Shown piece after piece: positions 57,280 to 64,000 of a DNA stretch of 64,000 nucleotides (positions are counted from its first letter, which is position 1; each line of letters starts with the position of its first letter). Under the pieces are notes generated by a model, which was given only the letters and a program-made list of their open reading frames with translations, was not told where the DNA came from and did not search any database. The DNA lies in IMG/VR virus record IMGVR_UViG_3300022923_000005, positions 32,001 through 96,000 of that record; one strand, written 5' to 3'. The DNA comes from a virus (Duplodnaviria; Caudoviricetes). Made by a program: the position numbers and the translations under genes.

Positions 57280-58671
57280 TTAGCCGAGTATAAGGCTGTA
57301 TTCGTTACCTAAATCTTCCATAAGATTAATGTCTACTTCAGCACCACCACCTGTTGCAACCCTATATCCTGCTGTAGTTTGAGAGCCTACTGTAAGGGTA
57401 ACATCGTTGACAGCATCTGTGCCGCCTAGGAAAACTGCTCCTGAAATAGTAATGGAATTAGTTGCATTATAACCAATTCCTTCTTCGGTAATTTCGACGC
57501 TTAGAACGCCTGATGCAATAGTTAATCTACACTCAAACCCATTACCAAAACCGTTGGTAGATGTAGGTCCACTATTAATAATTTGATCTACTAAACCTGA
57601 TATATTGCTACTTGCAATTGTTACTGCTTCAACTTGTCCGGCAAAACACTCTAAACGCTGTCCGTCAGTATTCCATCTTGTATCGCCAATTTCTGGTACA
57701 CTAGGTCTAGTGCTATCGTCACCTGCTGGAATCTTAAATGCATTTGTACCCATAAATCTAAGATATCCAATTCCTGTATTACGCATTTTGACTGGCTCAG
57801 TTGCTGACATATTTGTTATATCATTGTTTTGAAAATCAAACCCTTCAATATGTGTAATACCTGTATCAGGCGAAAGGAAAAAATCATCATCTGATTGTAA
57901 ACCAAATAATTGATTGCTTACACCATTTAACCACATCTGATCACTAACTTTAACTGCATTAGGTCTGTTAGTTTCAACATTTGTTAAGTCTGGTGTATAC
58001 ATACTGTTCCATCTTCTTACAGTACTATCAACAATATTTCCTGTACCAAAATCATACTGGTCGTCATCGCCTGGAATAATTGATTGTGAAAAATCTGGAA
58101 TAATTTCTATAGTGTCGCCACCAGGTGTATCTGGATTGTAAAGTTCGTCACCTAAAATTATATTTGAATATTTTGTAAGATTACCATCAACTGTTACATT
58201 ACCTGTAACATTCATATTACCTAAAAAACTTCCTGCTGATTGTACGTCTACAATACCTGTGCCACTTGCACTTAGTTCTACTGCTGTTGCTGAATTATTA
58301 CTGCTTATTACATTGTCAGTAAACTGTAAATCGTCTGTACGCATACGTTCCATTACAATAGTACCCATACCGCCATTTAACATAATGTTGATAGGTCCTA
58401 CAACGGAACTAAATTTTGCTGTATCTGCGTCAACAGTTACATTATCTATTTTTGCATTTTGTGTTACAGAAGCATTAGTTGTCTTTACATCTGTTCTTAC
58501 ATCTAAATCATATAAAGGAGCGTCAGTCTTAATACCTATAAGACCGTTTTCAACATCAAATTGTAATATTGGTGTTGCATCAAACGTAGTATTTTTAAAA
58601 GCAAGATTTACTCCTTCTCTTGTAAGAGTAGAGTTGAGTAAGTGTCCGCCAATTCGCCCCAATTGAGCCAT
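57280..58671 (-). CDS. Fibre-like virion protein, paralogue of 56097..57164
   Basis: MAQLGRIGG.LL...L.R.GV.L.F N-terminus; P.G....RP...G..RWNT module; C-terminus YSLILG. Confidence 0.7.
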   Translation of the reverse strand: MAQLGRIGGHLLNSTLTREGVNLAFKNTTFDATPILQFDVENGLIGIKTDAPLYDLDVRTDVKTTNASVTQNAKIDNVTVDADTAKFSSVVGPINIMLNGGMGTIVMERMRTDDLQFTDNVISSNNSATAVELSASGTGIVDVQSAGSFLGNMNVTGNVTVDGNLTKYSNIILGDELYNPDTPGGDTIEIIPDFSQSIIPGDDDQYDFGTGNIVDSTVRRWNSMYTPDLTNVETNRPNAVKVSDQMWLNGVSNQLFGLQSDDDFFLSPDTGITHIEGFDFQNNDITNMSATEPVKMRNTGIGYLRFMGTNAFKIPAGDDSTRPSVPEIGDTRWNTDGQRLECFAGQVEAVTIASSNISGLVDQIINSGPTSTNGFGNGFECRLTIASGVLSVEITEEGIGYNATNSITISGAVFLGGTDAVNDVTLTVGSQTTAGYRVATGGGAEVDINLMEDLGNEYSLILG

Positions 58672-58681
58672 CTACTTCTCC

Positions 58682-59209
58682 TTAGTTTGCAAATCCAAAA
58701 AATACTGTAATATTTTTACTAAAAGGTACTGGACTAGTAAATTTTAAATACCAACCATCTGCATATGGTGCTCCAGGTCCTGATAAACTTCCGCTTGAAC
58801 TTTGTTCTAGTGTAAAGTTAGTTGTTGGAATTTGCATTACGTTTTCAACAAGCACAATAACATTATTTGCACTTGCAGGAATATTTGCTAAAGGACCAAA
58901 TACTGTTTCAACAGCATCGCCAGGACCAAAAGATTCAATGCTAATTGCACTTGCACCTGCTGCTCTAATTGTTTCCCAATTGTTTCCAACATATCCTTCA
59001 ATTTCGTTTGTATCTGTATTATAACGAATTGACCCATTAGCATCTGTAGGTTGTCTCACGCCAGACACTTGTGGTCTTTGTGCTGTTGTGCCTTTAGGCA
59101 TTAACAAAGCACCGTTTGCATCCATCACAACTCGACCATATGGATTTACACTAATAGTGTTATCGCTTGGACTGTACTTTGATGTATTTTGTGCTTTTAA
59201 AAACTTCAT
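58682..59209 (-). CDS. Virion structural protein
   Basis: PKGTTAQRP...G.IRYNT module plus a V.VENV.Q.P...F..P small domain. Confidence 0.65.
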   Translation of the reverse strand: MKFLKAQNTSKYSPSDNTISVNPYGRVVMDANGALLMPKGTTAQRPQVSGVRQPTDANGSIRYNTDTNEIEGYVGNNWETIRAAGASAISIESFGPGDAVETVFGPLANIPASANNVIVLVENVMQIPTTNFTLEQSSSGSLSGPGAPYADGWYLKFTSPVPFSKNITVFFGFAN

Positions 59210-59212
59210 TAT

Positions 59213-59860
59213 CTATCCTTCGTTTGGTATCATTACCCTGTCAATATTACGTGAACATACTTCTACTACTTTGTAATTTAGTTCCTCAATAGCATATTCT
59301 AAAGCAAACTTTTGCCAACTAAATCTTTCAGGTAATGAAGTATCCCAACTAGCATCTTCTACAATTAAAAGAGGCTTATGTTTTTTTATTGTTTCTGTTG
59401 CTCCTACAAGCACATCCCAGTCTCCGCCATCACAATCAATCTTAATGTAATCTATATTTTCAAAATCAAAATCGTCAATTGCATAGTAAATTTGACTAGG
59501 GTGTATTTTTGCTCTTAAACGGAACCTCATTTTTTCTGCTTCTTGTCCTACTGCACAATGAAAGTGTGTTACTTTATCTTGTGCTACATTGTAGGGAAAA
59601 AACTTTCTACATCTTTGATCAAAACAAAATACGTGTTCAAAATCGTGTTGTAAGTATCTTGAAAATTCACCGTCTCTACATCCAATATCAATAGCATTAC
59701 GATAATTTTTAATGTAAGGCTTGCTTAATATGTATGTTTGCTTACAGTGATGATCTGGGAACTCCTTAATACCATCAGGACTATAAAAGAAGTCAGTATC
59801 AAACCATTCAGGTTTATAACTCCAAGTGTCCCAATGTGTGGCTTCTAATGGATATCCCAT
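59213..59860 (-). CDS. FkbM-like SAM-dependent methyltransferase
   Basis: AIDIGC..G, IDYIKIDCDG....L.GA..TI....P...VE motifs. Confidence 0.75.
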   Translation of the reverse strand: MGYPLEATHWDTWSYKPEWFDTDFFYSPDGIKEFPDHHCKQTYILSKPYIKNYRNAIDIGCRDGEFSRYLQHDFEHVFCFDQRCRKFFPYNVAQDKVTHFHCAVGQEAEKMRFRLRAKIHPSQIYYAIDDFDFENIDYIKIDCDGGDWDVLVGATETIKKHKPLLIVEDASWDTSLPERFSWQKFALEYAIEELNYKVVEVCSRNIDRVMIPNEG

Positions 59861-59869
59861 AATAAATCC

Positions 59870-60247
59870 TTAAACCGGTAACGTACTAATAGTTACAGCA
59901 AGTAATCCTGAAGCACTAGTTGCTACCCAAACTTCATCCCCTTCGTCTAAAACAATTTTTTCATCGCTGAAAAATACTGTTTCTCCTGCTGGCACTGTTA
60001 ATCTACTTACAACAGTGTTTGCAGCACTAGGTGAATCACCGCTAGGAACAATATGAATAGTTGCAACAATTGTGTTAACTGATTCGTCAGTAATATCAAG
60101 TGTACCTGTATTACATAACGCCATTGTAGTAATAGCATTACGCTGTCCTGTAACTGCACCGCCAATCGGTGCGCCCGTTGTACTACTTGTAAATACCTTA
60201 ACCGGAACTGTTACGTCTGTTGATGTGCTTAATGTATTTGTTATCAT
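59870..60247 (-). CDS. Small beta-sandwich virion protein
   Basis: AITT..LCN...VP.GET.....KIVL..GD. Confidence 0.65.
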   Translation of the reverse strand: MITNTLSTSTDVTVPVKVFTSSTTGAPIGGAVTGQRNAITTMALCNTGTLDITDESVNTIVATIHIVPSGDSPSAANTVVSRLTVPAGETVFFSDEKIVLDEGDEVWVATSASGLLAVTISTLPV

Positions 60248-60256
60248 CTCTTTATC

Positions 60257-61228
60257 CTAAAATAGCATACTTAATAATAATGCTTTGTTTTTACTTATCA
60301 ATTCGTCACTAACACCATTGGAGCCTACGAACACAATCCCTGACCCGCCTATGCCTGGAGTACAAGCGTGTATAATAGTAGAACCGTTTACAAATGCAGG
60401 TGTTACAGCAATCTCTTCTAATTCAATTGCATAGTTAGTTTGTAATTTACCTGTTCCTTGTGTTCTTACAAACACGTTAGCGTTTGTATCGTTATTTGTA
60501 AGTTCGTTACCTATAATTTCTATATCTTGAATTACAGTTCTATTTGTGTAAAATTGTGTATTTAAAATACCGTCAACTAAAACTGATACTCCACTTTCTC
60601 CAAATGTACTGTAACCTGTTTCATCTTCTAAATATTGTAATGAACCAGTTACGTCTTTCTCACTAATGATAACTCTTGTGTTGTCATCAATAATTTGGAA
60701 TGTTGGATTATCTCTAATGCTGTCATCAACATATTTTTTGTTAGGAATATCGTCATCGTCTGTAATTTGTTGTTCGTAATTTGTTGTACCGCTAACTTTA
60801 ACAACACCGCCACCGGTACCAATAAGTGTTAAATCACCTGAGTCTGTATCTGAATTAGTTAAAATACTTCTAAGTCTTAATTTAGACGTAGCATAGTTAA
60901 CTGCTCCGCCTTCAACAGAGCCTATAGCAATATTAAATGCATCATCATTTTCGTCATAAAAGAATGATACTGGTTCTGATGTACCTCTATCAATTTCTAA
61001 ACCTGAATATCTTAATGATACTCCTGCGCCTGTTTCACCAACGTTTAATCTGATGATATTATCTTGAACATCTAAGTTTTCTGCACTAACAGTAAGTGTA
61101 TCACCTTCAACAACAAGGTTACCTGTAACTTTAATCTGGCCTATTCTTGGACCAGTATCAAGAGTAATAACACCACCTTCGTATGTCTTTATAGTGTAGT
61201 CACCGTTAGTTTGTAAAAACTGTGCCAT
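60257..61228 (-). CDS. Fibre/baseplate-like virion protein
   Basis: VTGNL.V.G, DNII.LN.GE, SG.EIDRG and NKKYVD motifs; hydrophobic C-terminus LLLSMLF. Confidence 0.7.
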   Translation of the reverse strand: MAQFLQTNGDYTIKTYEGGVITLDTGPRIGQIKVTGNLVVEGDTLTVSAENLDVQDNIIRLNVGETGAGVSLRYSGLEIDRGTSEPVSFFYDENDDAFNIAIGSVEGGAVNYATSKLRLRSILTNSDTDSGDLTLIGTGGGVVKVSGTTNYEQQITDDDDIPNKKYVDDSIRDNPTFQIIDDNTRVIISEKDVTGSLQYLEDETGYSTFGESGVSVLVDGILNTQFYTNRTVIQDIEIIGNELTNNDTNANVFVRTQGTGKLQTNYAIELEEIAVTPAFVNGSTIIHACTPGIGGSGIVFVGSNGVSDELISKNKALLLSMLF

Positions 61229-61591
61229 CTATATTCCCTTTAGCAAAACTATACGTTGAGATGAATCATCATCTACTTCCCAACTATAATTTTTATTTGT
61301 AAAATCTTTCATCACGTTATCAACTATTTCTTTTATAAAAACCCAAACACTTGATTCTAAAACTAATCCGGATAATGACATTTCATTATCTTCTAGTTCG
61401 CTTACTTGTTTTTTAACAAGTTTACAAATGCCTACGTTGCCTTCTCTATCTTCTACCTTAAACTCTGAGTTTGAAATTTGTGCTAAGACGTTACCGTTAT
61501 GGCACGCCTTAGCACTTTCAATTTTAACCGAAACAACCAAGTCTTTTAGATTTTTTAAAAAATCCCAAAATACATTAATTGGTGGTTCCAT
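61229..61591 (-). CDS. Hypothetical protein, diverged paralogue of 61604..62053
   Basis: G.V..Q....F.......C.L.......L...EM.(L/I)S pattern shared with the upstream gene. Confidence 0.6.
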   Translation of the reverse strand: MEPPINVFWDFLKNLKDLVVSVKIESAKACHNGNVLAQISNSEFKVEDREGNVGICKLVKKQVSELEDNEMSLSGLVLESSVWVFIKEIVDNVMKDFTNKNYSWEVDDDSSQRIVLLKGI

Positions 61592-61603
61592 CCTCAGTTA
61601 TCC

Positions 61604-62053
61604 TTAAGCGTCTTCAGTGAAGTCGTCGTCATCAGTACCAGTTAAGGTATTGTCATCACCTGCTTCTTCAACTTGTGCTGCGCCATCTGAAGTAGATGTT
61701 GCAAAGTTCCAAGGAACAGTCAAACCGTCATATGCGTTTGAACCTGTTGCTGTAGGTGCTGATAGTGTTGCTTTCTTTCCAGCAATTTTACTTACTAGAT
61801 AAGTTTCACTGTCGTCCATTTTAAACGAAATACACATTTCACCTGCTGCTAAGTTTGCTGGCAATTTACCAGTTGTTAGTACACAAGTATATTCGCCTGC
61901 TGTTTCAATTTCTTCGCATACAAATTTCTTTGAACCTTTTTGCTTTACGATATAACCTTCTTTAACTGCTGTGTCGTTATGAAAGTTTACTTTGATTTCA
62001 GATCCAGCCGCTGTTGGCTCTCCGAATAATCTTTTGTTTAGTGGTCTTCCCAT
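61604..62053 (-). CDS. Conserved-looking virion protein (start revised to MGRPLNK, 62053)
   Basis: SD AGGAG before ATG 62053; G.IVKQKG..KF motif. Confidence 0.65.
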   Translation of the reverse strand: MGRPLNKRLFGEPTAAGSEIKVNFHNDTAVKEGYIVKQKGSKKFVCEEIETAGEYTCVLTTGKLPANLAAGEMCISFKMDDSETYLVSKIAGKKATLSAPTATGSNAYDGLTVPWNFATSTSDGAAQVEEAGDDNTLTGTDDDDFTEDA

Positions 62054-62146
62054 TTGTTTTCTCCTATATAAGTAGTCCAATCCGGGTTCTATCCGGTACG
62101 CTGTGGGTTAAACAGCATAAGTCCGCCTTGCGGCTCGCTATCTGAC
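62054..62146 (-). ncRNA. Structured 5' leader
   Basis: After TAAATA (62157-62152): GCC-GCAA-GGC, UAUGCUGU/ACAGCGUA and CCGG/CCGG hairpins; GC-rich against an AT-rich background. Confidence 0.5.
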
Positions 62147-62154
62147 ACAAGTAT

Positions 62155-62427
62155 TTATCTTTTAGATAATAAAGCCATAAGCTCTACTTTACTAATAGCA
62201 GTAAGTATGCGATTAATATGGTCTAATTCTTCTTGTGCTTTTTCTAGATAAGTTGTGCGTTTTGTTTGCTTATATTTTATAATATGCTCCATATGTTCCT
62301 TCATATGCTTTTCTAACATTTTATCAAATGTTTTAACATCGTGAGCAAACATAGGAAAACGTTTCCGCCACTTTTGTAATTGATCTCTAAGTTTAGGAAA
62401 ATCTCTGTAACTTGTAATCTTTTCCAT
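62155..62427 (-). CDS. Hypothetical helical protein (start revised to 62427)
   Basis: TAAATA-N5-ATG at 62427. Confidence 0.6.
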   Translation of the reverse strand: MEKITSYRDFPKLRDQLQKWRKRFPMFAHDVKTFDKMLEKHMKEHMEHIIKYKQTKRTTYLEKAQEELDHINRILTAISKVELMALLSKR

Positions 62428-62459
62428 ATTGCTATTTAACAATCAGAAAGTCAAGTCAT

Positions 62460-62490
62460 AAAAAAAGGGCAGTGTTTCCACCGCCCTTTC
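62460..62490 (-). terminator. Intrinsic terminator after the major capsid gene
   Basis: AAAGGGCGGTG-GAAA-CACTGCCCTTTTTTT. Confidence 0.88.
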
Positions 62491-62511
62491 TAAATACTCT
62501 AATGAGTTGGC

Positions 62512-63684
62512 TTACGCAAAACGTAAGTTTGCTGATGTTACAGCAACTTTACCCAAGTAGTCAGCCGCATTACCAAGAGATGATGCAGTGTTTGTTAACT
62601 CTACATAACCATATCTTGTCATAAACGAAACTACTGGCTCAAAAGTACCTGGATCAAGTACAACACCAGATGACATTAAAGGAATGTATGGGCAATAGAA
62701 TGCTGCCGCATCTGATTCTGAAGATCCTTTGTAACCAACAAGTACATCGTCTGATGTAGCATAGCCGTTTACGTATACTTTCATAGCACTGTTTAAAGTT
62801 CCTACAAACTTAGTGTTTGTTGGTGCTTCAAATGTACCTTCTGTAGTTCTAGCAAATGCTGAAGTTGTAGCAGACTGTAATAATGTTAATACAGTTGGTG
62901 ATACAACAGCCCAGTTACCAGCACCACGACGTGTACGCTGTGCAATCAAGTTGCTAACTCTGTTGATTTGAACAGCAAGTGCTGCGTGTTCGTCACCAAC
63001 GAAAGTAGCAGTACCTGATACTGCGCCTTGGTCGTATGTAAGTGCTGCTGTGCCAGCAAGTGTTGATAAAGAAGTAATAACTTCTTGGTCGATCTCAGCA
63101 GTAATTTCCTGCGCTAACGCAGCCATAATTTCTGCTTCAACATCAATACCTTGTTGTGCTTGAGCATCTTGAGCAGCCTCAAAAGTCCAGCGAGCTGATA
63201 ACTTACGAGTTTTTGCTTCTACAGTTTGTTTCAAGATTTGAATTGAAAGTCTGTTACCAGCAGCGCCTTCTAATGAAGCAGTTGAACCTGCTTTAATATC
63301 GTCGTTACCTGAATAACCTTCAGCAATCTTGAATGGGCTTAGTGCCTCTTCACCTGCTGTGGCACCTGTGCCTGAGCTAGATGAAAAATCGTCAGCATAT
63401 CTTACACGTAATGTGTGGATTTGGCCAACTGGTCCAGTCATTGGTTGTACACCAACAAGTTCATTTGCAATGACTGTTGGCATTACACGTCTGATCACTG
63501 GTAGGATCACACGATTTAGTGTTGCAACGTTGCCAGCGGAAGTGGCGCCTGCTGTAGCACTCTCTGACAAATACTTACGGGTATTCTCGAGAGTTGCCTC
63601 CATTACAGAACGCTTGTTACCTTGGAGCCCTTCTAAAAGTGCGCCTTTGGTTTCCGACCAGCGTGACTCTAATAATTGTGACAT
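62512..63684 (-). CDS. gp23: Major capsid protein gp23 (start revised to 63684)
   Basis: LEN, RRVMP..IA...GVQPMTGP.GQI, VEAKTRKL.A.WT.E.AQD, EI.AEID.E, FYCPYIPL and TRYG motifs; SD AAGGAG. Confidence 0.96.
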   Translation of the reverse strand: MSQLLESRWSETKGALLEGLQGNKRSVMEATLENTRKYLSESATAGATSAGNVATLNRVILPVIRRVMPTVIANELVGVQPMTGPVGQIHTLRVRYADDFSSSSGTGATAGEEALSPFKIAEGYSGNDDIKAGSTASLEGAAGNRLSIQILKQTVEAKTRKLSARWTFEAAQDAQAQQGIDVEAEIMAALAQEITAEIDQEVITSLSTLAGTAALTYDQGAVSGTATFVGDEHAALAVQINRVSNLIAQRTRRGAGNWAVVSPTVLTLLQSATTSAFARTTEGTFEAPTNTKFVGTLNSAMKVYVNGYATSDDVLVGYKGSSESDAAAFYCPYIPLMSSGVVLDPGTFEPVVSFMTRYGYVELTNTASSLGNAADYLGKVAVTSANLRFA

Positions 63685-63697
63685 TTTGTTTATCTCC

Positions 63698-64000
63698 TTA
63701 AATTTTAAGTCCCGCAAGTCTGCGGATGTCAAATATCTCAGCGGTCTTATTCTCTTGACCGTTGATATGTGCCTGTGTTTCTTTATCGCCTGTTACTTCC
63801 TTAGCCTCGTTCAACGCTACTTTCTTAGTAGATTTTCCATCCATTACGGCTGGAATATACTTGTCGAATGTTGCGTGTAGTTTATCTGTTTGGACAGATT
63901 CTAAAAGTTCACTCATTACTTCTTGCTTTTCTTTGTTTAGAGGTGATAACAATTCTGCCATTACTTCTTTACGCTGAGCTGCATCTTGCATACGAGCAAT
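63698..64000 (-). CDS. gp22: Prohead core scaffold gp22, C-terminal part
   Basis: Helical acidic ORF directly upstream of gp23, with LxE sites; runs off the window. Confidence 0.7.
   Translation of the reverse strand: MARMQDAAQRKEVMAELLSPLNKEKQEVMSELLESVQTDKLHATFDKYIPAVMDGKSTKKVALNEAKEVTGDKETQAHINGQENKTAEIFDIRRLAGLKI

Noticed and set aside
29312-63732. ORF-track start sites at 29312, 40640, 62080, 62442 and 63732 (also 4352, 16573 and 26977)
   Set aside because: Downstream ATGs fit better with SD sequences, the TAAATA-N5 rule or paralogue alignments, so the starts were revised.
563-63977. Numerous short ORFs antisense or out of frame to long genes (e.g. 563..1030, 2827..3321, 12424..13092, 17930..18265, 46371..46850, 63329..63880)
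   Set aside because: They lie within well-supported genes on the other strand or frame, lack SD or promoter context, and are expected shadows of biased codon usage.
1-64000. CRISPR array, tRNA or rRNA genes
   Set aside because: No regularly spaced direct repeats, and no cloverleaf with T-loop/D-loop motifs, in the few intergenic gaps.
1-64000. Alternative genetic code (stop-codon reassignment)
   Set aside because: Core genes are full length under the standard code, and TAA, TAG and TGA all terminate genes.

Overview
This window is the structural/late region of a large, AT-rich T4-like (myovirus) phage genome, read mostly on the minus strand. From the right end it holds: the scaffold gp22 C-terminus, major capsid gp23, a long array of fibre/appendage genes (including two giant paralogues of 1845 and 2516 aa and three tandem glycine-rich paralogues), and a ~12 kb island of 4 tryptophan-halogenase-like flavoenzymes plus 7 Fe(II)/2OG-oxygenase-like genes. 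These are followed by a multidomain subtilisin (S8) protein, neck/tail genes gp13/14/15/18/19, dNMP kinase, gp4, the small and large terminase, gp32 and the N-terminal part of uvsX. The ORF track misses a 23-aa pqqA gene (PQQ precursor, [23 protein letters not shown], 1967..2038 minus) that has its own late promoter and terminator; this suggests a PQQ-using host, probably a Methylophilaceae-like methylotroph (inference). Other notable signals are a recurring TAAATA-N5-ATG architecture that implies leaderless late mRNAs, three structured intergenic RNAs (one with a probable pseudoknot), and a recurrent D-(G)-S-S/T loop motif in virion proteins. All calls come from reading motifs by eye; no database searches were run.
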